This document shows, one piece after another, positions 46,858 through 56,313 of a stretch of DNA of 64,000 bases (the first letter of the stretch is position 1; each line of letters begins with the position of its first letter). Origin of the DNA: a bacterium (GTDB taxonomy: Bacteria > Zhuqueibacterota > QNDG01 > JAGLOF01); contig JAFGRY010000031.1 in assembly GCA_016934955.1 (NCBI GenBank), positions 70,805-134,804 on the forward strand, given 5' to 3'. Both the position numbers and the translations under genes were made by a program. The notes beneath the pieces were generated by a model. The model was given only the letters and a program-made list of their open reading frames with translations. It ran no database searches and was not told where the DNA came from.

Positions 46858-47240
46858 ATCCTCCCTCCTGCCTGCCTGCGGTACAGCCAGCGCAGCAGCA
46901 GCCAGATAATCATACTTGCCATGAGAATCACCAGCCCCGAGATAACGCACACCAGCGAGGCTCCGTAGCCGCCGGCAACGACGGCGGGGGATATATCATG
47001 CGCCGTCTCGATGACACGCATCGCCGCGTACAGGCCCAGATAGTGGGCGAAGAATCCCAGCACCGCGGAAAAAGCACCCCAGAAGAGAATGGATCCAAAC
47101 CGGGATTCATCTTCGGAAGCGACAGCGGTTTTTCCGCTGTAAAGAGCGACAATATGCCTGATGGTCACCACCAGGATGATGACAGCAATGAGAAACTGCA
47201 TCCAGATGAACTGACCGCCCGACCGCAGTATGGCAATCAT
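46854..47240 (-). CDS. Small 3-TM membrane protein, possible MotA/TolQ/ExbB-type channel core
   Basis: 'GAFSAVLGFFAHYLGLYAAMRVIETAHDISPAVVAGGYGASLVCVISGLVILMASMIIW' resembles the MotA_ExbB 'LGLLGTV.G...A.....d...vA.GI..AL..T..GL.vAIP' region. This is pattern recognition only. Confidence 0.4.
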   Translation of the reverse strand: MIAILRSGGQFIWMQFLIAVIILVVTIRHIVALYSGKTAVASEDESRFGSILFWGAFSAVLGFFAHYLGLYAAMRVIETAHDISPAVVAGGYGASLVCVISGLVILMASMIIWLLLRWLYRRQAGGRI

Positions 47241-47253
47241 ACATACCTCCAGG

Positions 47254-48030
47254 TTACAGATAGACGGATGTTTCAGCGTATTCTATCTTTTGAATCGAGC
47301 GCTCGATGACATACCAGAGGAGCAGGGCAAGGAGCGTCACCAGCAGCACCGTGGTCATGAGACCGCTTGACCGCGACAGGTACCCGGTTATATGGCGCAT
47401 CTGCATGGCTGCGCCGGGATCACCGGGCTGCCGGATCACGATCATGTCGAACATCGGCGACATGAAGGCGCCGCCGGAATGGTAGAGTTCGAGAAAGTAT
47501 CCGCCGATTCCCAGGATACAATTTACCGCGGCCATGAGAGGAAGCATGAACAAACCCTGCCGCAGGGCCTGCACGTTGTGCCGCCGCATCACATGGATCT
47601 GAAACAGTTTTTCCGCACCCCTGGCCAGAATGTAGAATCCGATAGCGGCGACGGGAAGGAGAAACACGCTGCTGTTGCGATGAAAATCCGCAATAATCAC
47701 CGCACGGGCCGACAGCAGCACCAGCGCGAGGCTCATCAGCAATAGCACCGCCCGTTCCATTCCCGTCTGAACACCGCCCGGCAGCCGGTCCAGAAGTTTT
47801 CGCAGGGGGGTGCGGTGGATGCGCATCAATTCCCGGATCACCTCATCGGAGAGCGCAAACGCGCGCCTCGCCGACTCGGCCGCCTCCCGTTCATGCATGC
47901 CTGCGGCAATATTGTGCTCATAGGCGTCTTCAAGATCGTATTTCAGCTCACAGAGAATCCTTGATTTCCGGGGCTGGGGCAGATCCAGACGCCGGGATAC
48001 TGCCTGCAGATCCTGTGAAAAACCGCTCAT
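47254..48030 (-). CDS. PadR-associated membrane protein
   Basis: N-terminal soluble helix 'ILCELKYDLEDAYEH' followed by about 5 TM segments. ATGA overlap with the PadR stop. Confidence 0.55.
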   Translation of the reverse strand: MSGFSQDLQAVSRRLDLPQPRKSRILCELKYDLEDAYEHNIAAGMHEREAAESARRAFALSDEVIRELMRIHRTPLRKLLDRLPGGVQTGMERAVLLLMSLALVLLSARAVIIADFHRNSSVFLLPVAAIGFYILARGAEKLFQIHVMRRHNVQALRQGLFMLPLMAAVNCILGIGGYFLELYHSGGAFMSPMFDMIVIRQPGDPGAAMQMRHITGYLSRSSGLMTTVLLVTLLALLLWYVIERSIQKIEYAETSVYL

Positions 48031-48374
48031 GGCGCAGTCTCCCCGATGATTGCTCGAAAATGGGTGAAAAACCCCTCCCATTGCTGCAGCAGGGAGGCCC
48101 GGTATTTTTTCCCTTCCGCAGTAAGCGAGTAGTATTTCCGCTTGCGCCTGGGCCCTTCCTGTTTCCAGCTCCCGCGGATAAGTCCGTCTTTTTCGAGTTT
48201 ATGCAGGATCGGATAGAGCGTCCCGTGATTGAACCCGAAAAATCCGTCGCTCTGCTCTTCCAGTTCCCGGGCCAGATCGTATCCGTGTTTTTTCCCGGTC
48301 CCGATAATACTGAGAATGAGCAGTTCATTGCAGTACCTTGTCAGGGTCGGAACCGTCAGGATCGCTCTCTGCAT
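48027..48374 (-). CDS. PadR family transcriptional regulator
   Basis: 'LLILSIIGTGKKHGYDLARELEE...GTLYPILHKLEKDGLI...RKYYSLTAEG'. ATG at 48374 gives the usual length of about 115 aa. Confidence 0.85.
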   Translation of the reverse strand: MQRAILTVPTLTRYCNELLILSIIGTGKKHGYDLARELEEQSDGFFGFNHGTLYPILHKLEKDGLIRGSWKQEGPRRKRKYYSLTAEGKKYRASLLQQWEGFFTHFRAIIGETAP

Positions 48375-48588
48375 AGGCCACCTTGCCGCATACCGGCAGT
48401 TATATCTGTTCTCTATATATAGAAAGTCTACATAACTAGAATCAATATATGCACACAGGCGGAATTTGTCAAGCGGTTTTTCCATTCGGGCGGCCGCCGC
48501 CCGAAACAGCTTGATTTTTTCTCTTGTTTGTTCTAATTTAACGTCACGGAAGCAACCGCAACGAATGACGATACAGTGGAGAAACCGG

Positions 48589-49155
48589 ATGGCGAAAGTA
48601 TGCAATCTCAAGAAAAACAATATTGTTAAAATCGAGGGTGACATTTATCAGATTCTGCAGATACGCACACGCACCCCGTCTGCCCGGGGAGCGGCGACAC
48701 TGTATGATATCCGTTATACCAACATGCTCACGCATCAGAAACTGGACAGAACCTATAAAGGTGACGAGATCGTCGAGGACGCGGACCTGGGACGCACAAA
48801 AGTGCAGTATCTGTACCGTGATGACCGCACGTTCCACTTTATGAAAAACGATGATTACAGCCAGCACGTTCTGGACATGGATCAGCTGGGCGGCCAGGTT
48901 GACTGGCTGCTGGAAGGGCAGGAGGGCATCGACGGCATGTTTCTGGAAGGGAATCTCATCGCGATAACGCTGCCGCACACCGTGGAACTGGAAATCATCG
49001 AGACGGCTCCCAGCATCAAAGGAGCCTCCGCCACAGCCAGAACGAAACCGGCGACGCTCGCCACCGGTGCGCAGGTACAGGTTCCGGAGTATATATCAGA
49101 GCATGAGATGATCAAGGTCAACACGGAAACGGGAGAATTCATTTCCCGGGTCTGA
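48589..49155 (+). CDS. efpL: Elongation factor P-like protein (YeiP/EfpL subfamily)
   Basis: 188 aa. The loop 'TPSARGAATLYDIRY' and 'ETAPSIKGASATARTKPATLATGAQVQVPEYI' closely resemble E. coli YeiP as I recall it ('SPTARGAATLYKMRF', '[23 protein letters not shown]'), rather than the EF-P 'KPGKG' loop. Confidence 0.75.
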   Translation: MAKVCNLKKNNIVKIEGDIYQILQIRTRTPSARGAATLYDIRYTNMLTHQKLDRTYKGDEIVEDADLGRTKVQYLYRDDRTFHFMKNDDYSQHVLDMDQLGGQVDWLLEGQEGIDGMFLEGNLIAITLPHTVELEIIETAPSIKGASATARTKPATLATGAQVQVPEYISEHEMIKVNTETGEFISRV

Positions 49156-49234
49156 AAGCGCGTGACAGATGGAACGCTCAGCCCGACTTGCAGTTTCACT
49201 ATATTTCAATAACAGGAATGGAGGCACCGCAGAG

Positions 49235-51130
49235 ATGGCCGAAACATCTGCAAAAAATTACAAATTCAAAGCTGAAGTCAGCCAGCTGCTTGACATTCTC
49301 ACCCACTCACTGTATCAGCACCGCGACGTCTTCATCCGGGAGCTTATTTCCAATGCCGCGGACGCCCTGGATAAAATACGGTTCAAAGATGTGCAGGGTG
49401 ACACATTCGCCGACAGCGATCTGCCCCTGAAAATCTCCATCACTCTGGACAAGGAGGCCCGCACCTTCACCATCGCCGATACGGGCATAGGGATGACCGA
49501 CGAGGAACTGAAACAGAACATCGGCACTATCGCCCGTTCGGGGACCGCCGATTTTCTCAAGACTCTCAGCCAGGAGAAGGAAGGGGACCTAACCCTTATC
49601 GGGCGGTTCGGCGTGGGATTCTATTCCGTTTTCATGGCCGCGGAAAAAGTGGTGGTCGTCTCGAAATCCGCTGATCCGCACGCCGCCGCGTGGCGCTGGA
49701 CAAGCGATGGCAAGAATTCTTTTAAAATAGAGCCCGCCCCTTCCGCGACGAAACGGGGCACCGCCATCACCGCCTACCTGCGGGAAGACGCCGAAGAGTT
49801 CAGCGAACCGCTGCGTGTCAGGACCGCCATCGAAAAATATTCCAATTTCGTGCCCTTCCCCATCGAGCTCGACGGCGAAACGGTCAATACCGTGTCAGCC
49901 ATCTGGCGGGAGCCGAAATCCCGGGTCAAGAAAAAAGACTATCATGAATTCTATAAATTCATCGCCCATCAGCATGAGGACCCGCTGACCTGGATGCACT
50001 TTTCAGCGGATGTGCCGATTCAGTTCCACACCCTGCTCTTCGTGCCGCGCTCCAACTTCGAGCACCTGGGCTTCGGCAGGGATGAAGAGGGGATCAATCT
50101 CTTCGTCAAACGGGTGATGATCGATCCGCACGCCAAGGAGATCCTGCCCCCCTACCTCAGGTTCGTGAGGGGCGTTCTCGAAAGTGATGATCTGCCCCTG
50201 AATATCAGCCGGGAAACGCTTCAGGAGAACCCCTACCTGATGAAGATCAGGAACACCGTGGTGGGCAAATTCCTGACGCACCTGGCGGAATTCGCGGAAA
50301 AGCAGCCCGACGACTACGCGGTTTTCTGGGAACAGCACGGCCGTATCCTCAAGGAGGGGTACAACGACTACTCCCAGAAAGACAAAGTGGCGGCCCTCTT
50401 CCGTTTCAACTCATCCGCCTCCGGGGATGAGAAGAAACTGACATCTCTTGACGAATACATCGAACGCATGCCGGAAAAACAGGAAGAGATCCTCTTTCTC
50501 TCGGGCGCCTCCCGGGATGCGCTCGTCAACAGTCCGGCCCTGGAATTTTTCCAGTCACGGAAGATTGAAGTGCTCTTCTGCTATGATCCCATCGACGAAT
50601 TCGTCCTTCCCGGCCTCCTCGAATACAAAGGGAAAAGGATCACCTCAGCCGACCAGACGGACCTCGGGAAGCTCAAGGAGGCGGTCCCGGCTGAAAGCGG
50701 CAAGGATGAGGAAACCGGCGAGATCGATATCAAAGGACTTGAAAAACTCACCAGACGCATGAAAAACATTCTCGGAGTGAGAGTCGAGGATGTCACGCTC
50801 TCGGACCGGCTGGTCAGCAGTCCCGCCATGCTCACGGGCAGGGACAAGCACATGTCTTCCCAGATGGAAAAGATCATGCACATGGTGAACAAGGATGTCA
50901 CGCTCTCACCGAAAATACTCGAAATAAACAAACGGCATCCGTTCATCGCCGATCTGCTGACGATTTATGAAAAGGACGCCAAGGATCCGCTGCTCACCAA
51001 ACTGGTCAATTCGCTCTTCAGCAGCGCCCTGCTCCTTGACGGCACCATCGATGATCCGCATACCATGGCTGCGTCGATCCAGGAGCTGATGATCGATACA
51101 GCGGGAATGTACATCGAAAATAAAAAATAG
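49235..51130 (+). CDS. htpG: Molecular chaperone HtpG (Hsp90)
   Basis: 'FKAEVSQLLDILTHSLYQHRDVFIRELISNAADALDK', 'GIGMT', 'IGRFGVGFYS'. ATG at 49235 has a GGAGG upstream. Confidence 0.95.
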   Translation: MAETSAKNYKFKAEVSQLLDILTHSLYQHRDVFIRELISNAADALDKIRFKDVQGDTFADSDLPLKISITLDKEARTFTIADTGIGMTDEELKQNIGTIARSGTADFLKTLSQEKEGDLTLIGRFGVGFYSVFMAAEKVVVVSKSADPHAAAWRWTSDGKNSFKIEPAPSATKRGTAITAYLREDAEEFSEPLRVRTAIEKYSNFVPFPIELDGETVNTVSAIWREPKSRVKKKDYHEFYKFIAHQHEDPLTWMHFSADVPIQFHTLLFVPRSNFEHLGFGRDEEGINLFVKRVMIDPHAKEILPPYLRFVRGVLESDDLPLNISRETLQENPYLMKIRNTVVGKFLTHLAEFAEKQPDDYAVFWEQHGRILKEGYNDYSQKDKVAALFRFNSSASGDEKKLTSLDEYIERMPEKQEEILFLSGASRDALVNSPALEFFQSRKIEVLFCYDPIDEFVLPGLLEYKGKRITSADQTDLGKLKEAVPAESGKDEETGEIDIKGLEKLTRRMKNILGVRVEDVTLSDRLVSSPAMLTGRDKHMSSQMEKIMHMVNKDVTLSPKILEINKRHPFIADLLTIYEKDAKDPLLTKLVNSLFSSALLLDGTIDDPHTMAASIQELMIDTAGMYIENKK

Positions 51131-51162
51131 CCAACAACACCTATTCGAAGAGGGAGAAGCGT

Positions 51163-52059
51163 ATGAAATTCCAACGTATCATTGCAGCAGCGGTCCTGCT
51201 GAGCCTGGCGGCCGGCAGCGCGGTCATCGCCCAGGGCCTGGAGGACAACGTGTCGGTGTATACGTCCGCGAACGGGAAACGGTACCTGCAGCCGCTGGCC
51301 GACGTCTTCGGCGCCAACCTGAACAGCGGGTTTTTCCGGACAGCGAAAATCAAGAAGTTCGGACTGTCCCTGGAGTTCGGGATCAAGGCCATGGTCGCGC
51401 CGATTCCCGATGAGAAAAAACTGTTTACGCTCGTGGAAGATGAAATCGCCGGTGTCACCTGGACACCGGCCTATGACCAGGAAGTGGCCACGGTGTTCGG
51501 TCCGGAAGGATCGGAGACCGCCTATGGTATGATGGGGATCGACATCGAGACACCGGGCGGTGCCATTGACACCGATTTCTTTCCCCTGGCGGTACCCCAG
51601 CTCACCGTCGGAGCCCTGTTCGGCACGGAAGTGACCCTGCGCTGGTTGCAGTATACCATAAACGACGAGATCGGAGAGATCATGTTCTGGGGGTGGGGTA
51701 TCAGGCACAACCTCAGCCAGTACATTCCCCTCTGTCCGGTTGATATCGCGGCCGGCTACTACCATCAGACCTTCGAGATCGGCGACCTGATCACCGCCGG
51801 CGCCACCTACTACGGGTTCCAGGCCAGCAAAAAGTTCAGCATTCTCACCCTCTACGGCGCCATCGGCATGGAAAAATCGAACCTGGATATTTCCTACACC
51901 CAGGAGGGTGCCGGGGGCGTGGCCTTTAACATGGAAGGAGAGAACAGCACCCGGACCACGCTCGGGTTCTCTCTCGATCTCTCGATTCTCAAACTGCACG
52001 CCGATTACAGCATCGCCGCCCAAAATGTCATTACCGCGGGAATCGGGCTGGGCATCTGA
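51163..52059 (+). CDS. Secreted / outer-membrane protein of unknown function
   Basis: Signal peptide 'MKFQRIIAAAVLLSLAAGSAVIAQG' and alternating beta-strand-like composition. RBS GAGGGAGAAG. Confidence 0.55.
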   Translation: MKFQRIIAAAVLLSLAAGSAVIAQGLEDNVSVYTSANGKRYLQPLADVFGANLNSGFFRTAKIKKFGLSLEFGIKAMVAPIPDEKKLFTLVEDEIAGVTWTPAYDQEVATVFGPEGSETAYGMMGIDIETPGGAIDTDFFPLAVPQLTVGALFGTEVTLRWLQYTINDEIGEIMFWGWGIRHNLSQYIPLCPVDIAAGYYHQTFEIGDLITAGATYYGFQASKKFSILTLYGAIGMEKSNLDISYTQEGAGGVAFNMEGENSTRTTLGFSLDLSILKLHADYSIAAQNVITAGIGLGI

Positions 52060-52082
52060 CACCCGGCTCTGCCATAACAAGC

Positions 52083-52118
52083 AAAAAGCCGGACGCCCCC
52101 ACGGGGCGTCCGGCTTTT
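52083..52118. terminator. Bidirectional rho-independent terminator
   Basis: A5, GCCGGACGCCCC (52088-99), cac, GGGGCGTCCGGC (52103-14), T4, between convergent genes. Confidence 0.8.
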
Positions 52119-52160
52119 CCATGTCCTTTCCCGCTCGAAAGGCACCAGGGGGCACGGCGG

Positions 52161-52706
52161 TCAATAGTAATTGTAATTCTCCACGTAGTAGACCTCAACC
52201 GGCACTTCCGTGGTTTCACCGGCCCGGCCCGCGGCGACCGCCTGCCCCAGGTAATTCACGATGCCCCGTTCTTCAAAGCCGATAATCAGCCAGTTCAGCC
52301 CTTCGATACCGCTGACCGTACCGCTGGCGGTGGAATCGGTGGCGATCCGAAGCTCCTGCTCGGAAAACAGCGAGACCGAATCCTGTTCAGTGAGAAAATG
52401 TTTCATCAGATCCCGGCTCATGGGCACCTGTTCAGTGGCCGCCGGCCCGTTGTAAATAAAATTGAAGTAGTTCTGGGCCGCTGTACTATTCTGAAAAACC
52501 GTCAGGCTGTCGTAGCGGGAAATATCGGCCACCAGCACCCAGACCAGGTCGGTCAGCTGCTGCTTGCCCATGGTTCCGTCAGCATCACGAAAGGTGACGT
52601 TGAGAACAAACCGGGGCGGCTGCCGCTCACTCTCGACCAGGCCGCAGGCCGTGGTAAAAAACAGCACGGCCAGAAACAAAAACAGAACGATCTTTAACGT
52701 GCTCAT
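52161..52706 (-). CDS. Hypothetical lipoprotein
   Basis: 'MSTLKIVLFLFLAVLFFTTACG' signal plus Cys. AGGA lies about 9 nt upstream of the ATG at 52706. Confidence 0.55.
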   Translation of the reverse strand: MSTLKIVLFLFLAVLFFTTACGLVESERQPPRFVLNVTFRDADGTMGKQQLTDLVWVLVADISRYDSLTVFQNSTAAQNYFNFIYNGPAATEQVPMSRDLMKHFLTEQDSVSLFSEQELRIATDSTASGTVSGIEGLNWLIIGFEERGIVNYLGQAVAAGRAGETTEVPVEVYYVENYNYY

Positions 52707-52734
52707 GGGAAATGAGTCCTCATGCAAATGTCAG

Positions 52735-53841
52735 TTAAAACGATGTCTGCAGTCCGGCGCTGCCGCTGAATCCCGAAAGACTGACCCGGCCGCCCATGGT
52801 CTGGTAGGTGCCGACGCCGAAAGCGAGCTCGCCGCTGAAGAGCAGGCCCGGAGCGATCTCAGCCTCCACACCGGCCCCGGGACCGAAAAGGGTGACGCCG
52901 CCGTAGCCGAAATCATTATCCGAATAGAGCTTGAGACGAAGAAGCGCGGTATATTTCACGCCCGGCCGCAGGGTGTACCAGGCGGCAGCCTGGAGATCCA
53001 GCTGGTTGCCGTTCCGGTTCAGCCGCTCGTAGGCGAGCACACCGGTTCCCGATATGGTTTTACTTTTCATTTTCATCCGTTCCCGGATAAAAAAGACAAT
53101 ATCCCAGGGATCCCGGTCGATCACCGAGAGCAGCTGCAGAAGGAGTGTGGAACCGGACTTAAACACCGGGTTGCCGCCCCAGGTGTCGTCAAAATAGAGT
53201 GAATAGAGGATATCGCCGTAAAAGCCGCCCCGGTTCACCCCGAGAGTGAAGGTCACTTCATCGCCGGGGACATACTGGATATCGGAGGTCGAGTAGGGGA
53301 CGAATCCGCCTTTTCTCAGGTAACTGATACCGCCTCCGAGCATCCAGTCTCCGGCCGCGAAGGCGCTGCTGAGGCCGGCCTGGGCATCGAATCCCTGCCC
53401 GTAACAGGGCACTTTAAAGCTGAATGTCTGCCGGCTGATCACGCTGGCCACCGCCCACTCATCCGGAGTGAGGCGGCTCTTTCCCGCGGGAAGATTGAGG
53501 CCGAACGTGAAGAGCAGTTTCTCATCGAGGAACAGGACATGCCCGCCGGCCTTGATGTCCGAAAGGCCGCTGAGGCTAAAGGAATTCCCCGCCACCAGGC
53601 GTGAAAGCGCGGGAGCGGTCATCAGATAGACCTGCAGGTTTTCATTGACCGGGTATTTCACGGAAAAGGGAACGGCGAACTCACTGACCCGGTCGTTTCC
53701 CGCCTTCCAGCCGGTAAAGGAGAGTTCCGCCCTGGCTGCCATGTCCGAGCGCAGCCGGTAGGCCTGCTGGGGCATCACCGCCGAAGGGGTGAACGCGAGA
53801 ATGAACAGCACCATGCATGCGGGGGTCGTACGGGCAATCAT
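52735..53841 (-). CDS. Putative outer-membrane beta-barrel protein
   Basis: N-terminal signal peptide, alternating Gly/aromatic beta-strand pattern, and a C-terminal '...GLQTSF' ending in Phe. Confidence 0.5.
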   Translation of the reverse strand: MIARTTPACMVLFILAFTPSAVMPQQAYRLRSDMAARAELSFTGWKAGNDRVSEFAVPFSVKYPVNENLQVYLMTAPALSRLVAGNSFSLSGLSDIKAGGHVLFLDEKLLFTFGLNLPAGKSRLTPDEWAVASVISRQTFSFKVPCYGQGFDAQAGLSSAFAAGDWMLGGGISYLRKGGFVPYSTSDIQYVPGDEVTFTLGVNRGGFYGDILYSLYFDDTWGGNPVFKSGSTLLLQLLSVIDRDPWDIVFFIRERMKMKSKTISGTGVLAYERLNRNGNQLDLQAAAWYTLRPGVKYTALLRLKLYSDNDFGYGGVTLFGPGAGVEAEIAPGLLFSGELAFGVGTYQTMGGRVSLSGFSGSAGLQTSF

Positions 53842-53864
53842 TGTCTTTCTCCTGTTTCAGCGGT

Positions 53865-55202
53865 CTACCAGTCGGGAAGCGTCACTTGAATTTCGATCAG
53901 GAGCCGGTTGACATCACCGAAATCTGTCGTGGTCTCCTCTTTGGTTGTTCGTCGCTCATCCACGCCGGGCAAAAACCTCTGGTTGAGCACATCGCCCACA
54001 TGCTGCAGGTGTGCCCGCCTGGGGTCACCGGGCCGCGGGCTCCGACCTCCGGGAGGTACCGGAGCCGTCTCCGGAAGAGAAGGCAGGCCGACACCTCCCT
54101 TTTCCATTATCCGGGTGCGGGACAGGGACTGCGCCACTTTCGTGAAGCCCGGATCCAGCCTCAGGGCGTTGTCGTAATACCTGCCGGCCATCTCGTAATT
54201 TCCCGCATCCTCGTAGTCCATCCCCTGACAGTAGGCGATGAAGGCAAGGACATTTTCAGTGGGCAGTCTGCTGATCGCGTCCCGCTCTTCCAGGGAAAGA
54301 GTGATCCCCATCTCTTCGATGAGCCCCAGCACCAGTTTTTTCTCGAGGGCGAACAGATCATCTATTCTGCCCGCAATACTTCTGCTGACCGCATAGGAAC
54401 CCTCCTTCACCGCAAAGACTCCGGCATCGATGCGCAGGCTCTGGCCCGAAAGATCGACAAATCCTCCCTGGACGACCCGGGAAACACCCAGCAGCCTGCC
54501 CATTCTGGGCGCGGTACCGGCATCGGTCATACCCGTCATGGAGAGTTTCATTTCATCCATCATCGCCTGCAGCCGGGCCCGCTCGATCACCTCGAGCCCG
54601 CGCACATGGGAAAGATCGGTGATGAGCATGTCGGTGAGCCCTTTCTGCAGGGGGTCGAGTTTCCGCTTGTCTCCGAGGTTCCCGAAATAGAGCACCGCCA
54701 CCGCGGAATCGGAAACGGAAGCCGCGTCGAGCATCGATTCCTGGGCCAGTGAGCGCCGGGATTCAGTTATTAATTTCTTTCGCAGCAGGTCGGTGAGTTT
54801 CGCCTCGATCTCCGTGCGGGCCGAGGCGAGGCGGCTGATATCCCGGTATCTGCGGTAGACGCCGATCGCCTTGTCATACTGCTCCAGTCCCTCATACGCG
54901 GATCCAAGGAAGAGCAGGGTGCGTCCGTCGGTGGAATCAGCGGTAAACGCTTTCAGCAGGATCTGCCTGGCCGCGTCGAACCGTCCCCTGTTGTAGTAGA
55001 TGACACCCAGTTCCCGTACGGCCTTCGCGGCCGATTCACCATTCCGGATGCAGTCCGCAAAGGCGCGCACGGCCGCGCCCTCGTTCCCCTGTTGAAGATA
55101 GCGGACTCCCGTCGCGTAGCGCGAGGAGGCGCATCCGGCCAGGACGATAATGGGCAGCAGCCGGCAGAGGAAACGGGCACCTGCCGGAAAATAGTTTTTC
55201 AT
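53865..55202 (-). CDS. Lipoprotein with N-terminal TPR repeats and a CsgG/TolB-N-like (COG1462/COG5616-type) domain
   Basis: Lipobox 'IVLAGC', TPR-like helices, then 'VAVLYFGNLGDKRKLDPLQKGLTDMLITDLSHVRGLEVIERARLQAMMDE'. ATG at 55202. Confidence 0.55.
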   Translation of the reverse strand: MKNYFPAGARFLCRLLPIIVLAGCASSRYATGVRYLQQGNEGAAVRAFADCIRNGESAAKAVRELGVIYYNRGRFDAARQILLKAFTADSTDGRTLLFLGSAYEGLEQYDKAIGVYRRYRDISRLASARTEIEAKLTDLLRKKLITESRRSLAQESMLDAASVSDSAVAVLYFGNLGDKRKLDPLQKGLTDMLITDLSHVRGLEVIERARLQAMMDEMKLSMTGMTDAGTAPRMGRLLGVSRVVQGGFVDLSGQSLRIDAGVFAVKEGSYAVSRSIAGRIDDLFALEKKLVLGLIEEMGITLSLEERDAISRLPTENVLAFIAYCQGMDYEDAGNYEMAGRYYDNALRLDPGFTKVAQSLSRTRIMEKGGVGLPSLPETAPVPPGGRSPRPGDPRRAHLQHVGDVLNQRFLPGVDERRTTKEETTTDFGDVNRLLIEIQVTLPDW

Positions 55203-55212
55203 GTGAATTCCC

Positions 55213-56313
55213 CTAAAATTGCACCAGAAAGCGTGACCCGTGAGGGGTATTGTCCTCGAGGGTGATTGTCCCGCCATGGGCTTCAACCGCCAGCTTGCAG
55301 AACGCGAGACCGAGACCGATCTGCCTCATCCCCTGATTCTCGTTTTCGATCACCTTGAACTTGTCGAATACGGCTTCCCGATACTCCTCGGGGATGCCGG
55401 GGCCCTGGTCCTCAACCGCGAACAGCACACCGCCGCCGCCGCGGCTGCTGTCCACGGCTCTGGCGGCCCTGACCACGATCTCGCTGTCATCATCGGTGTA
55501 CTTGATCGCGTTGGAAACCAGGTTGTTAAGCACTTTGAGCGCGAGATTCCCGTCGGCGAAGAGAGCGGGAACATCGCCGGGGATATCTCCTCTGAGAGTG
55601 ATATTCCTGACTTCAGCCAGCACGGCATGATTTCTGATCACCTTATCGACCAGGTCGGGCACGGGAATCTCTCCCCGGTTGATGATAAGCTTTTCCGATT
55701 CCATTTTCGCCATCAGGAGCAGATCGGAGAGATAGAGGTTGATCCGTTTCGCCTCTTTCCTGATTTTTTCCACATCTTCCAGATCACGGGGATCGCTCAG
55801 ATTTCTGCGCAGAAAATCGCTGTACCCGAGAATGGCGCAGATCGGACTGCGCATATCATGAACAACCATATTCGCCAGCTCCTCACGCAGCGTCAGAATG
55901 TTCTGCAGGGTGTCGTACTGGCTTTTAATCCGCAGCATGGAGCGGACACGCGCCCTCAGCTCGATGCCGCTGACCGGCTTTGAAAGAAAATCGTCGGCGC
56001 CCGCCAGGAGCCCGCGGCGCAGATCCTCCTTGCTGTCCAGCGCGGTCACAAGGATAATCGGTATGTGCTGCCACAATTTGTTCTCCTTGATGATCCGGCA
56101 CAGTTCCATACCATCCATGCCGGGCATCATCATGTCGAGCAGGAGCAGATCCGGAGAAGGGTCGGCCCGTTCCATCAGCTCAAGGGCGTTCTCCGCATTC
56201 TCGGCAAAGAGCAGCCTGTAGTCTTCAGACGCGAGAAGCGCCTCCAGGGTCGAACGGGCGCTTGCCTCATCGTCGACGATCAGAATCGTATTGCCCTGTT
56301 TCAGTTCTTTCAG
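55213..56313 (-). CDS. Receiver-histidine kinase fusion (REC + HisKA + HATPase_c); probable CTG start
   Basis: The first ATG (56175) falls inside the receiver domain. The in-frame upstream sequence encodes 'KELKQGNTILIVDDEASARSTLEALL...' back to a CTG at 56313, preceded by GGAGG plus a 6-nt spacer. H-box 'HDMRSPICAILGY'; 'NLVSNAIKYT', 'DQGPGIP', 'GLGLAF'. Confidence 0.7.
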   Translation of the reverse strand: MKELKQGNTILIVDDEASARSTLEALLASEDYRLLFAENAENALELMERADPSPDLLLLDMMMPGMDGMELCRIIKENKLWQHIPIILVTALDSKEDLRRGLLAGADDFLSKPVSGIELRARVRSMLRIKSQYDTLQNILTLREELANMVVHDMRSPICAILGYSDFLRRNLSDPRDLEDVEKIRKEAKRINLYLSDLLLMAKMESEKLIINRGEIPVPDLVDKVIRNHAVLAEVRNITLRGDIPGDVPALFADGNLALKVLNNLVSNAIKYTDDDSEIVVRAARAVDSSRGGGGVLFAVEDQGPGIPEEYREAVFDKFKVIENENQGMRQIGLGLAFCKLAVEAHGGTITLEDNTPHGSRFLVQF

